Of a stretch of 64,000 nucleotides of DNA, positions 13,456 through 26,508 are shown piece by piece; positions within the stretch are counted from its first letter, which is position 1; each line of letters begins with the position of its first letter. The notes under the pieces were generated by a model. The model made no database searches, had not been told where the DNA came from, and saw nothing but the letters and a program-made list of their open reading frames with translations. The DNA lies in the NCBI GenBank assembly GCA_003971905.1, contig RSEE01000091.1, positions 124,001-188,000 on the forward strand, read 5' to 3'. The DNA comes from Moniliella sp. 'wahieum' (Eukaryota). The translations under genes were made by a program, and so were the position numbers.

Positions 13456-16400
13456 TTAAAACGAGAAGACGCCTTTGGACCGGGTGCGCGACCCGCCAAA
13501 CACAATAAAGTTGACTGCTGAAGCGCCAAACAAGCCGACGCTCAATCCCATCGCGGTCGAGATGAGCGTTTGAGCGACCTGGAATCCGTTCTGGAACGTA
13601 GTGGCCGTTGTGGTGGATGAGTTGCTCTGGGCAAAGAGGAGTAGACCACCACCGTTGCCCAACCCCGAAGGCAGCTGGTACAACATCCCTGGCACACTCA
13701 CCACGAACACGCGTCCATCAAAGAAGCGGCCATAGAGGGATGCCAGCACACCCACTGCCAAGCTACTCAGCATGGCCAAAAAGTCCGAACGGTTGGACAA
13801 GGCGGGTCGTTTGCCAGCAAAGTGACTTACCACCCACCCGATCGCTGCGATGGCTACCATCACGGGGAACTCTTTGCGCGTCGGCTTGGCTTGGTTGCGC
13901 AGCGAAACACAGATGCTGTACGCCGGCACCACGAGGAAGGCCCAGTACAGACTCACCGTGTCCCGCCACGGCTGACCCGGGTGGTTCTGCATGGCCTTAC
14001 AGGTGGCCGTGTTGGAGGATAAGTTCATTTCCTGGGACGAAACCAAGGTCCACAGTGCCGATCCAATCGAGAGCCCAAACCCTAGATTCGAGGTGGGGTT
14101 AGCACGTTTGTCCACCCTACAGAAACAAAAGCACAACGACGGGTACGCACCAAGAAGCATACTGTAGATGCATGCCCAGACCAAATGGACACTACCGGCC
14201 ATAACAGATTTGCTCTGCAGCTCCAACGCCGCCGTCAAAAATAGGAAACCAGGCAGGATGAGCACAACCGCACCACCGGCCACGGCGCCATAACACCAGT
14301 ACCCATTGCCACCGTTGAACGCGGCTGCCGCCACAAAGGAGGCGAGACAGGCCATCATGATTTCCACTCCGCTGGACAACACGTCCGAGGTGAGGAACTG
14401 TTGGGCGATGATGACCAGCGCTCCAAGGGGCGCGGCAAGCAAGCCGTCAATCAGTGAACCGTGGAAGCCCATGTCACCCAGCCATCAAGCCGGAGCACAA
14501 GAAACCAAGGATGATCTGAGGGATGCGTCCAATCAAGGGTGGCTTGTGCATGAGTGCATCCAACTGTTTGCTTGCTTCTTCCACGCCAATCTTGTCGTGA
14601 ATCACGTTCCAATAGATGGTGTGCATGTCGGTCAGCTTGGCTATAAGCAAGAGGGTCAGCACCATTCGATAAGGAGAAGAAGTAGCCACGTACAGATATC
14701 CAGCGCTCCCCCCTGCTTGATGAAGCGAGTGTCGGACGTGTGGGTCATCTCATCCGTGAAGGAGAAGAGCATGACCGAAGGGAGGTAGATGCAGTGGCAG
14801 CTGACGTCCAGCACCTTGGCAGTGGATTGGATGTGCGATTCAATGCGATGCGTCGGCGCGCCAAACATCATCAACGCGCGAGCCAGTTTCAGGAGAAATC
14901 TTGCCGCTCCAGAATGGCGGCAACGTGCAACGTGATCTGTTCGTAGTCAATAAGTGAGTGGCCTGAACTGTCTACCGAGCGATGCGCCCAGAGGGATACT
15001 GGATACTCACATAAATCTTTTCTCTCTTCCTGTGCTTGCGCTTCTTGAGCTTCTTGACCCAGGCCCGGCGGGAGTCGGAGGTATCCTTAGCCTGCTCCGC
15101 AAACGAGACACCCAAATCGGAGCCATCGACGGCATAGGATCCCGTGGTCGTTGGTGCACCTCCGCGATGAGGTTGGATCTGGAAATAATCACCAAACTCG
15201 CCTGCCTCCTTGGCGTCTCCCCCCTCTTGCAGCAAAGTAGCCGAAGATCCCGTCTTCCACTGAACCGACGAGTTGAGAGGCACAGGCGTGAGTTGTCCTG
15301 GGGTAGAAATAAGGCTACCGCTTCCCATACGCTGATGAGGCGAGAAAGGCGCACTGGCATTGGCCAAAATGTTACGGTTTTGCTTGAGCGTTTTGGCATT
15401 GATCTCTGGAAGGAGATAACGTTGCAATTTGAACCCGGGTCGGCACGGGTTAGGACCCAAAGTAGCATGGTTTGGACTCACAGCGCCGATCAAGTTGCCC
15501 GTGCTAGCCACTAAGGCACCAAACACACCTGCGCCATTACGAGCGGCCTCGGACGGTCAAACGCATCGAACCCATCATGGCCCATGATGGTGCTCGCCTT
15601 GCCTCCGAGGAAGGAGAAACTGCTCTTTTTTTCGCTGGGGAAATGAAAATCACGCATCTCGGACGGATTCGTTAGCGGGCGGCGGACGACCCTTGGCGCC
15701 ATGGAGCGAGGCGTCTCCTCCTCTTCACTACTCTCTTCATACAGAGGGGAGGACGCGTCCTGTCCCGGACGCTGGTGGTGGGACCTAGCGTCCCTCTGCT
15801 GCTGCTCATAGAGAAGTAACAAGGACCCCAACACGCCTCCGGGCAACTTGGCACGAGGTTCGCCTTTCCCCTCTCGCCGGTGGTCGAGGTTATGAGCCTC
15901 TAGCAAGGCGGCAGCACGACGTTGATACTTGCTTGGGCGGTAGGTGGTGGGCACCTTCCGAGCTACCCTCTGCTCGACATCGGTAGGCTGCTTGACACCA
16001 AACGCATCCCGGACCTTGGCCCAGCTTTTCTGTGCGGACTGAGGGGCAGCAGCCTGGGCAGCAGACGGATCATCGAGAACCTGAGCCGACTCGGAAGTGT
16101 CGTGGAGGTTGACATATTCTTTAGGAGGGGATTGGAAGGCACGGTACAGGAACAAGTCTTCTTCCCTGCACCGGCTGCATCTCCATCGCCTCGGGCGGGT
16201 CAAAGTGCAAGGGGCCAGGCTTGTTGGGCCGCTGCAGGCTGGCATATGGGGTGGGTGGGGGCCAAGGTGCAGCGTCGAGAGGCGCCGGGCGAAGGCGGAC
16301 CGAGGGGCCGGGGCCCAGCTGGGGAGAGGGCGTGCGTGACACCTCCTTTCCCTTGTCAGAGGAGGCGGGGAGGCGAGCGTGGCGGGCACGAGCTCGGGGA

Positions 16401-16476
16401 TGGCGGGAGCCAACGCGGGCTGGTGGGGGGCTGAGTCCACCTGGGGAAGCTGATCGGGATCGGGGGACGCACTCAT
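13456..16476 (-). CDS. PRM10: PRM10 / DUF1212 (ThrE threonine-serine exporter family) membrane protein; introns and frameshifts
   Basis: ITLHVAAILERQDFLLKLARALMMFGAPTHRIESHI...IYLPSVMLFSF, KLTDMHTIYWNVIHDKIGVEEAS, VLILPGF...AALELQSKSVMAGSV and VPGMLYQLPSGL. C-terminus GVFSF*. Confidence 0.88.
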
Positions 16477-17221
16477 GCTGGCGGTGGTGGGGGCGATGGG
16501 GAGAGGGAGGGGGCGAGCGCCCAACACAAAAGACGGACGGGTGTTGGGGCTGGGGGGTGCGCTGGACGCCAGAGTGGAGCCGAGCGGGAGGGTGGGATGG
16601 CCGGGTGTGGGATGGCGCGAGCAACGACGAAGGCCAGTGGGTCTGTGCGGGAGAAGGAAGCAGGCCTGGCGAATATATGAGGCCTCCGTATCCTATCCTA
16701 TCCATATCAACGTCAGTGCGGCCAATAACCCTCGGCTGTCTCCCGCATGGGACCAGCCACCGTGGAGGGGTGGGGCCTGGGGCGGCACGGCGCTCATTAA
16801 TCATTTTCTCTCGGGGTCCCTGGCGCTGCGGTGGGCACAGGGCAAGTGTGCGGCCCATCAGTGTCTCCAGTGTCGTCAGTGCTGGTGCTCACTTTGGCTT
16901 GGCACATTTCCCTCACTCGTGTTGTGCTGCCCCCTTGCCACCCGCGTGCTGGCTGTATCATATACCATCGCCACCGACCAGTCGATCAGCTTGCCCCTGC
17001 CCGATTGGGCGTGGATCTGGGTCTTGGTGCCACCTGCACGCAACCATGAACCACCCCGCTCCCCACTACCCGCGCAGAGTGGGGGCGCCTGCGCAAAGGG
17101 CCTGCGCTGCGCGCTGTTACCTGTCTGCTACATACCCATGGCGCTACTACCCCAGCCCCACCGCATCCACACAATCCACACACGCCAAACATGAGTCCGA
17201 GCCAGTCACGCTACGCAAAGA

Positions 17222-18178
17222 TCAAGTGTCGGGGGTACAGTAAGTAAAGAGGAAAGAAAGTGACCATAGAGAGCAACGAATGCGAGCGCACCGATATACG
17301 CTAAGCTTGGTCCCATGCACCTCCGACTCTTCGGGCAGGAACCCAGATGAGCCAAAGCCAAAGTGGATCGGGGTGGGGGTGGCGGTAACTACAGGAATGG
17401 ATGCAGGGGCAGCCGCACCAAAGCCCTTGCCCAAGAGCGGTTCCGGTTCTGGCTCTGGCTCTGGCTCGGGTTCAGGTGCGAGTGCAGGGGCAGGGGTGGG
17501 CTCAGCTGAAGCATGCGATCCTGACGAAACGACATCCCATGATCCTTGCGAGTCAGCCGACTGAGCCAATTGCTCGTTCTCGTCAGAACTGTCCTCTACG
17601 TCGGACTTCGGAGCGGGCTTGCCCTCGATAGCGTCCAGCTCAGTGTCCACCTCGATAAACTTGAGCACCAGGTCGTGCACCGCTTCCGGCACTGCTTCCG
17701 ACAGGGCTAGCAAGAGCTGAAACGGGTTGGGATGGACGCGCACGATGCGGAAGAAAGCTGCTGCTGCAGGAAGGTAGGACGCCTCACCTTCCTTTAGCAA
17801 CGTCTCTCCCTGCTGGGACTGAGACAGGAGGTAACTCTCCAAGTCGGCCGGAGGAGGGGGCAAGAGACCCTGTTCGATGTCCCGTCGCACCGCCTTGACC
17901 TGAGTCAGAACGGCGTCCTTGAGGAGCTTTTCAGATTGGGCCTTTGCTTCGGCTTGGGAGCGGGCCTGGGCGCGCTGCTGTTTTTTTACTCTGCTGGTCT
18001 AGTTTGTCGGCGGAAGGAGGTGGAATGGCGACGGCGGTAGTCAAAGAATCTGTGGCAGCAGGTCCCCGTCAGCGCACGGCTCCCGGCCTTACGAGAGAGA
18101 TCCGACGTACAGCGCGTAGCCCGCCACAACCGTGGCGAGCGTCACGCCGGCAACGACGGCAAAGCTGGATGGTTTCAT
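17222..18178 (-). CDS. TOM20: Mitochondrial import receptor Tom20 (MAS20) with Pro/Glu-rich tail
   Basis: MKPSSFAVVAGVTLATVVAGYAL, an intron, then FFDYRRRHSTSFRR (Tom20 signature after the TM anchor). TPR-like core QGETLL...AAAAFFRIVRVHPNPFQLL. 3' end approximate. Confidence 0.85.
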
Positions 18179-18653
18179 GCCCACAGGGCCATGCGAGGGA
18201 AGCGAGGCGAACGCGGTGGGTCGGACGAGGCAGCGGAGTCAGAACCTCGGCCGGGCTTGTGCGGCGTGAATTGGGTGGCGGGCTGAGGCGCTGAGGCGCT
18301 GAGGACATGACGCGTCCTAGCGGCGACGCCCATGACATTTCCGCGGCGGAATCTTAATTGTTTAGCTCGAGCTTTTGGTTAGGATTGCTTTTTTCCACAG
18401 GTTATAGCGCCCTTTAACAGTGGGCTCTCCGGATGCCCGACGCGCCATTTGGTCCACAAAACTCGTGTAACCCGATCATACGATTGCAGTGGGCGAATAA
18501 TACGTGAGGCCACATCTAACTATCACAGTCGTCAAGAGTGTACGAGTCCACCTAGGAAGGGATGGGATGGATGCAAGTGTGCATATATGAATGCGCCAAG
18601 CTACAGGCAAAGAAAGAAGATGATCGATGAGGTGATGAGAGAGAGATCAGCGC

Positions 18654-20287
18654 TCAGCCAAAGAGGCGGAACCCCTCATCATTCGGTCGTCGTCCTTTTC
18701 TGGTTCCGAGGCGACGAGTCGGCCTCGTTGTCCAAGTGGAGACCCTGAGCGGCCCCGGCCAGCTGAGAAAAAGGCGGTCGGTTTGGCCCTGACCCCAGGT
18801 GGTACGAGGGATGGGGGGCATAAAGTGCAAGATTTTCTCGTGGGTTTCGTACCGCAACTTGCGGCCCTTGGAAGCCTTTTGGTCGCGTGGCGCCTTGGGG
18901 GCTTTATCCCTCCCCAGGCCAGCCGAGGGGAGGGTGACTCCTGCCTCGCCTCCCATCCATTAGCCGCGGCTGCCCCCCAGCTGCACGCGACTCGATCAAT
19001 TCCCGCAAGAGCGAGTGATAAAAGTCGGTATCGTCAAACGCATCCTGGCCTGAAGAAGACGTCTCCTCCTCTCCAGGCAAACGAACCCGCGCAGGTCCAC
19101 GCCACGTATGTGCGCGTTCGCGTAGTCGCTCAATGGCCTGCGGGTGCAACGCACGCTCAATCTGCGCTGTGGCCGATTGGTTGATGGCTTTGAATCCGCC
19201 CGACGGCGCAAATTTGTCGGCTGTCCCACCGAGCGCAGGGTCCGCACGAGCACGGGACGACCATTTGTCGAGGACTTTACCGTTATGTGCCCAGGCTGCT
19301 GACGCTAGCGGTGCCGCATCCGCCAAGTGATCCTCGAGAGCGTCTCTTGCGTCCGACAACGAGCCGAACTTGCGTTTCTTACCGCGATACTTGTCGGCAA
19401 CGTCGGCCATGTTTGGGGGCAAAGACCCATTCTTCGACATGAGCTCGGTGCGCAACTGGAATAGCTCGGCGGATACGTTGAGCAATGAGCTAGCCACCTC
19501 GACCAATTTCCCTTGGAGGGCGTCGCCGGACCCAGAGGCGGTCAGCAAGGAGAGTACCTTGCTCTGTATCCTAGGTCAGCAAGTCAAGCCTTCACCAGCA
19601 AGCCACTTCTTCCACTGGAATCAAAGGAGAGGGGCAGAGAAAATGAAAGGAGGAAGGAGCACGTACATCTACACCCTGTAATGGGGCTGTGACCTTTTGG
19701 GATCGGATACGCAGGTCAAGCGCCAGCTCGTACGCAGCCCGTTGTTTCTCCACGCTTTTTCCCCGCTTGGCGTCCTGCTCTCGTTGATGCGCCAGGTTTT
19801 TGGCCAACTTGTCCTCATCGGCTTGTTGAGCAGCCAGGGTAGGGCCCTCATCCGCATCCGTATTCGCATCTTCGCCTTCGTCCTCATCCGCATCCTCCTC
19901 CTCCTCTTCGTCCTCATCATCCTCATCCTCATCTTGCCTCTCTTCATCGGACTCTGACTCTTGTGAACTCGCATCCTCTGATACGCTGACGTCATCCTCA
20001 TCCTCGTCCTCGTCCTCGTCCGACTCATCCTCATCCTCGTCCGAGGCATGCCCAAACATCTGGGCCGACGTGGTGGGCACGCCCGCATAGCTCGTCTGCG
20101 GTCCCGACCTACGCAATTTGGACGACCGAGCGGAGGCGTCGCCGTAGGTCGCACGGACGGAGCGCAAGTCCTGCGCCCGCTGCTCTTTGCGGCTCGGCTG
20201 CTGCGCCGCTTGGGGCGACTGGAGCACCGACTCGTACTCAGATTCGCTCTCGGACGAAGATCCGGAATCAGCCTCGAGGCGCGGCAT
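18654..20287 (-). CDS. BFR2: Bfr2/AATF ribosome-biogenesis factor
   Basis: Acidic N-terminus; AATF domain DAKRGKSVEKQRAAYELALDLRIR; TRAUB domain FDDTDFYHSLLRELIE and KASKGRKLRYETHEKILHFMPP; ends GFRLFG*. Confidence 0.92.
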
Positions 20288-20678
20288 GGTCAAGAGTGGC
20301 AGTGGTGGTTGGGGTGGCTGAGATGGTTGTTGGGATGTTGGGGATGCTGGGGGATGCTGGGGGGTGCTGGGGTGGCTGGAGTGATGCAGTTGGGTTAATC
20401 AGAGGTTTTGAGGAGGGGCGGGAAAAAAAAGTGGGAGCGTATGTAGCGAGCAGCGGGGCGGAAGGATCGGTGCAAAGGGCGGATTGAATATTGAATTGAG
20501 TGCACGAGCTCTGGTGGTTTTTATTAGGGCCTGCGCTGTTGCACCCCTGCATTGGGTTGGAGACGCTGGTTTGGGTTTGTGTCCAGGATTTGGGGGACAA
20601 GCAACCACCTGCCGACCTGCCCGCTGGACACACACAGGACACGGGACGCTTGCAGCGCAAGGGCAGACGAACTCGACC

Positions 20679-22079
20679 ATGGCCACCAGCACGACGGGGA
20701 CGTTTAGGATACATCTTTCGGCGCCCGACGATGTATCCCTCGCGTCGTACAACTACCTTTCGGGCCAGGCCCTGCCGGACGAAGAGGCCGACATGGACGT
20801 CGACCGGGACGAGCTGTTGGACGAGGCGGAGGATGGAGAAGGCGAGGCCAAGGCCGACGAGCGCGTGGCGATGATGCATGCCAAAGTGGCCACGGCTGGT
20901 GAACATGTAGCGTCATCAGCAACCTATATGCGGGGACATGGGACGTACTTGGCACCTCCCCCCGGTGCTCGTGCATCGGGCCAACAAGATGCTCATGCGG
21001 AGGCTATGGCGGTTGACGTGGACGATGGCGCGGACCCTTCGCGCCCTGAAGACGAAGAGGGCGAAGAGGTGGTGAACCTAATTTACTCTTCCCTTGCTGG
21101 TCCAGTGATTCGGACACAACAAATTAGTGTCGGTCCGGGCGCTCAGGGCACGCTATGCGCCCGAGGTGGGCGATTTGGTTGTTGGTCGTGTGGTGGAAGT
21201 GCAACCTGGAAGCAAACGGTGGAAGGTGGATATCAACGGCCGGTCTGAAGCCTCTCTCTTGCTCAGCAGCATCAATTTGCCCGGGGGCGTGCAACGCAAG
21301 AAACTCGAGTCGGATGAACTGCAAATGCGTGCGTTCTTCAAGGAAGGCGACCTGCTCGTGGCCGAAGTCCAGGCGGTGAACCACGGCAGTGTGATCCTCC
21401 ACACCCGTAGTCTTCGGTACGGCAAGCTACGGAACGGACTTCTGGTGGCAGTTCAACCGCAGCTGATCCAACGGCTCAAGTCGCATTTTGTCACCCTCTC
21501 CAAGGCCCAGGTCGACCTAGTAGTCGGCATGAACGGATACACTTGGGTCGCGAAGCACATTGCGTTCGATATGGATCAAGCCGAAGCTGAGGGAAAGCCT
21601 ACGGAAGAACCCCCTGGTCATGTACAGGAGGCTGAAGGCCTCGGGGGGCGTGGGATCGGGTTTGACATTGATGCCGGAGACGGCGTGTACGGCGACCAAA
21701 ACGAGGTGAGTACTAGCCAACATCTTCTCATCCCCCAATGGAGGTACTGACGTTTTTTATTGTGTAGTATACCCCCCCTGAGCAAAGGGTGGCGATCGCT
21801 CAGGTGGCTCAACTCCTCGTCTTGCTCTCCGATCGCCACATTCCTATTTCAGAAACGATCGTTGAGCGAGCCTATGAACTGTGGACAAACCAATTTGCTT
21901 CGCGCAAGTCCACGGGGGCAGTAGGACAAGCCGCATTTTACGACCCTGCAACCAATGCGGCATCCCAGCGGAGGGATACGCTTTTGGCTGCCGCACGGGA
22001 AGCCGAAGCGTTGGCTTCTGGTCCAAAGGGCGATGAGTTGGTCCAAGGTCTGTATCGGTCTGGCGTGCTGCGTGCATAA
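20679..22079 (+). CDS. RRP4: Exosome complex component Rrp4 (EXOSC2)
   Basis: YMRGHGTY; SVRALRARYAPEVGDLVVGRVVEV...RWKVDIN...LLLSSINLPGGVQRKKLESDELQMRAFFKEGDLLVAEVQ...LHTRSLRYGKLRNG...GMNGYTWV. Intron near 21706-21768. Confidence 0.95.
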
Positions 22080-22199
22080 AAACCCATCTACTGTGACATG
22101 AAAACCACGAGTGAGCTGCATTGGAGACATAGACATAAGACGGACGAGAAAGGAAACATAATGAGAAGGCAAATGTAGGAGTCCACATGGACACTTACT

Positions 22200-24267
22200 T
22201 CATGGCTCTGTCCGTACTGTTCGCCGGGCCGTTGCGGTGCCAATCTGAGTCGCATTGACCTTGGTAGCAAAGCGAAGCGAACAGAGTGTTTCGTTCTGGT
22301 GCTCGGCCAAGGGGGAGAGGTTGAGCAGCATGAGGCTTCAGGGAGAAGAAAGGGAAATTGTTAGCTGCCGTCTTCTTCAAGCGGACACATGGGGAAGAGA
22401 AACGCACGTCTTTGAGTTACCTCCAAGTGAGTTCTTAAGCAGCCAAGTGAGCGTCGAATTGCGGTACGGCACATGCTGCTCGGCCTTGGCGGAGCGAGAA
22501 CCTGCTTTACCCAGCTGCAATCACGTCACCTAAGGCCGACAGAGACTTGTTGATGCTCTGGGCTTCGCGTAGGCGCGCTGGATCGTCAGCCGAGCCCGAG
22601 TTGGACAGACGCTCTGAGCCTGCCAGGTCAACCAGGTTCAGTACCGCTTCCGTCTTTTCTCCCGTAGCCTCATTGTGGCCTACCACGGCCAAGGTAAATA
22701 CACTGTGGGAGCGCGAAGAGCGGGCGTTCATGGCGGTAGCGCGCGACTTGCCGCTTAGCCTGGGCTCTTGCCAAAAGGGTCATCACCTGGTCTGGGTTAT
22801 GCAGTGCCACCTCTTCGGCCCCACGACAATTGTACGCCCGCCCTGGCTGTCGTGGCGGATTTCATGTCGCCCCATAGCCGAAGCTGGGTCGTCGGAGGTT
22901 GAGGAAAGAAGATCAATAATGCCATCAAGATAGATCTCGACCATCTGGCCCGAAAATGTGTACTGCCATCCTCGGGCTTTGAGCTGATCGGCCACCGACC
23001 ACAGCATCTGCACCGTTCGGGGAATAAGACCAGCTGATGGATCGGAGAGAGTAGCACTCGTAGGCGAGCCAGAGCGAGGTGGACCTTCGAGTGTGTACGT
23101 CTTACCACTGCCCGTCTGGCCATAAGCAAAGATGCAAGTATTGTACCCGTCCAACACGCTCTGGGCCAGGTGTTCTACCTCGCCGAAAACATCGGTCTGG
23201 GAGGCATGCGGGGGCAGGACCCGATCAAAGGCGAAGGAATGGAGGACATTGGTGGGCGTACCGCTCGCACTTCCCCCACGATGGCCACCTGCAACTCCCG
23301 TGCTTCCCGTGGGAAAGGTTCCGGATAGCGTATGTCCGCCATGGTGCGGTCCCCCGCGCCATTCTGGCTGCCGGCATTAACCGCTGGTCGAACGCGAGCG
23401 ACAACTCGAATGTTGCCTCGGAGCTCTTGGACTTGATTGTGAAGCTTGCGACGCAATCGCTCAGCTGCTCTCAGCTCCTCCTCTTTAGCCTGGACCAGGC
23501 ACTCTACCTCAGAAACTGCGAGCGGAGGGAGGAGACCAACTGACGCTCATGGTCCACTTCGTCCCGCAGAGCATCTGCCTGGGCGTAGCACACCCACTTG
23601 GGTCTCAAGTGCCAAGTGGCCTGCGGTTTGCTCAGCCAACGCAGATTGGAGAGTAGAAATCGTCTGCCGCTCTCGCTCCAGCGCAGAGGCAGAGTCGGAA
23701 CGAACACGGTCCAACTGGGCAGACCAATCGTCTCGGTCGCGCCGATGAGTGTCACGAAGTGCATCAAGCTGTGCCTGTAGCTGGATCTCACTGACGCTTG
23801 GCCCCGATACCGAAGGGACGCGGATCCCCATTGGGCTTTGAGCTGGGCAAGCTCCTCCTCATGCCGTTGTCGGTCCTCCTCAAACCGGGCAATGAGGCCT
23901 TGCACTTGCCCCTCGAGGGCATCAACGCGATTTCCTCCTCGAGCACTGGGAGGTGGCGCAGCAGTGCTAGCAGCCCTCAGGCTGGTGGCGGCCGAAGCCG
24001 AGACTGAGCGGGAAGTAGCGGTGGGGCGTTTGGTGGGGCGGCTGGAAGAATGGGTGGCTAAAGGCTCTCGCCGGGGCCAGACCGCGGCTGGCCTGAGTGC
24101 TGCTGCTGACGGCGGGTGGATTTCGTTTTGGGCTGCGGCTGAGCCTTGGTGGACGCGGCGGGTCGGACGGGGTTGGTACGGCGCGGGGTGCGGGCAGGGG
24201 CGGGAGCGGGAATGCCCGTGGCAGCGCTGGATGCGATGGCACGGGGACGCGAGCCGCCAGACATCAT
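22200..24267 (-). CDS. KAR3: Kinesin-14 C-terminal motor protein (Kar3/KlpA-like)
   Basis: Neck [24 protein letters not shown]-loop [20 protein letters not shown]; switch [12 protein letters not shown]; switch [36 protein letters not shown]. Start approximate. Confidence 0.92.
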
Positions 24268-25049
24268 CCTCGACTTGCTTGACTTGCTCGACTCGACGCG
24301 CTCAAGCAGGCTGCGTTGATCGACTTGATGGCCGTGATGGCCTTGTGGGGGTTGGCCTGGACGATGCGCACGAGAAGCAACACGATGTGGGGGCACTTTC
24401 TCGCGCACAGCCCTTGTTGCTTGCCTCGACGCGGAAAGTGCAGGGCGCGCAGCAGGTCACGTGCCGGGTGTCACCTCCTCGCTGGTTACGTCATCTGGCT
24501 GCTCCTGGCGGGTCGACGCAGAGGAATTAAGCAGAGCGTTCCGTTGATCAGTTGAGCAGAGCGATAAATGACACCACCTCCCCCCCATGCATCCCTCGCA
24601 CGCGCCTCGCCCCTCGCCACCCCACCAGCGCCCCCGCCCAACGCACCTCTTCCCGACGCTTCTTCACGCATTCCCTGCCCTCTCTCCCCCATCCCCCCAT
24701 ACCGGATGCGGTACCCGGCCATGTGGCTGCTCCCCGGCGCGGTACTTTCGACTTGACCAGTCAGAACCGTCCTAGCCTTTCACCTCCTTTCGCCCCCCCC
24801 CTCCATTCCCAGCAAACCACGTCCCCGTCCCCGTCCAGCACGTCCAGGTCCGCCGCGCGAAATATCCCAGAGTGCTACACCCTCGGCTCCCAATCTCGTG
24901 CCAGCCGCCTCGGCTCTCCCTCCGCCCACGCTTCCCCACCATCCCTCCCCATCCACAACAGCTGCCCCCCTTCCATCCCTTCCCCTCGTATCCCCCACCC
25001 AACTCCAAACTTTGCAGCCCCCATCTTTATCCCCTAGGCCCAGCAACAA

Positions 25050-26286
25050 GATGGCGCCCATCCCCAGCTCTGACTTATCAGATGAACCGTCTGAGTCGCA
25101 ACACGTCCAGCCAGCTCTCCCAGGCCTCCTTCGCGTCCTTTACGGAAGCGTCCGATGTAGCCGAATCGGAGGAAGACGAGTACCAGCCCGGTCCTTCCAG
25201 GCCCGGCCGAGGCACGAAACGCGAATCTCGTCGGAGGATGTAGCTGCGATCCAGGCGGCTCTGGGGCCCCAGAAACGTCAAACCCGGTCTGCGCGTCAAC
25301 GCGCGGCTCGCATATCATCATGACGAGGTGCCGGCATCCGATGAGGAACAAGTCTTGCCCAAATCATCGTCCACTCGCTCAAGGCCCAAACGCAGGACAC
25401 CTTCCCCTACCAAACGGGCACGCAAACCCGTTCACGTAGTCGAATCGGACGATGAGAGAGCGGGAAGGAGGATGCGGGAGTGCCAACATCCAATTTCGAA
25501 CAGGTACCACCCTCGGATGATGAGCAGATTGGATGGATTCTCCCAGCCCCCCGCCTGCCAAACGCGGACGCAAAGAAGCTACTACCAGTAAGGGTACGCG
25601 TAAAAGACGACCGCCAAAAATTCACCAACCAAGAAACCGCCTTCCAAGAACAAGGCAAGATCTTCCCGTCCATCTTTGGCTGTCCATTCCGACCGTGACG
25701 AACTTTCTCCCCCCTCCAACTTCGGAAACCAAAGATCCCATGCCTTCGGTCGGGAGACGTCGCCTCCAGCCGTCGAGGATACAACGATCCTACCCGTCAC
25801 CCCTGCTCCGGCTGGTGATGGGGCTCATTCTTCTTCAGGGACCGTGCCCGCATCTACGGGCGATGTATCATTCGATACGTCCCATGGCAACATCAGCATC
25901 ACCTCCACCGGCTCTGTATCACAAAAGGGCAGGCGATCCTTCTATGGAAAGCGTGCGTATTTTCCTCTGCTTCGCCTATCGATCTTATCATTCTGTGCTG
26001 ACTCCTGCGCTCAGCCCTCACTTCCGTCCTCTCTCTCCTGGCATGTCTCCTCGAGTTGGTCTGACCCGACGCATGCACATCCCTTCCCTCCACCCGTTTC
26101 CACTCGTAAACCCGCTCGCCCCCCCCTCGCGCCGGTAGACCTTACCGCCAAGCAACGGTCAAAAAAGGCGGGTCAAGCTTAGGCGCGCATCGAGTCTACT
26201 CAGATTGTGATACAGAGGAGGAAGAGGAACGGTTGGCCGAACAGCGACGCAAGCAGTTTGACGAGGTCGACGAGGGCTACCTCTAG
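25050..26286 (+). CDS. Hypothetical low-complexity, charged Ser/Pro/Arg-rich protein; frameshifted
   Basis: ATG at 25050 (MAPIPSSDLSD), then coding-like overlapping ORFs (SDVAESEEDEYQPGPS, RPKRRTPSPTKRARK, DSPSPPPAKRGRK) ending ...EEEEERLAEQRRKQFDEVDEGYL*. Confidence 0.5.
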
Positions 26287-26508
26287 GTTGCCCACCCCCC
26301 CCCAAACTTACATTTGGTCCCAGGACCCTGTTATCGCATGGACTTCATCTTTCTTTCATCAGTACTACCAGAGGGTTCGTGGGGCACGTTGGATGCTGCC
26401 TTCAATGGATACAATGAAAACGAGCAACATGTACGAATGGCAATGTGGGAAATCGGATCTGTGAGAGCAGTGCAGGGGAAAGGTACTGTCTGTCTGGTGC
26501 TAAGTTTT

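Noticed and set aside
16221..17243. Long antisense or overlapping ORFs in GC-rich regions (also 55805-56866, 54005-54538)
   Set aside because: Shadow ORFs expected at high GC or opposite real genes; no domain features.
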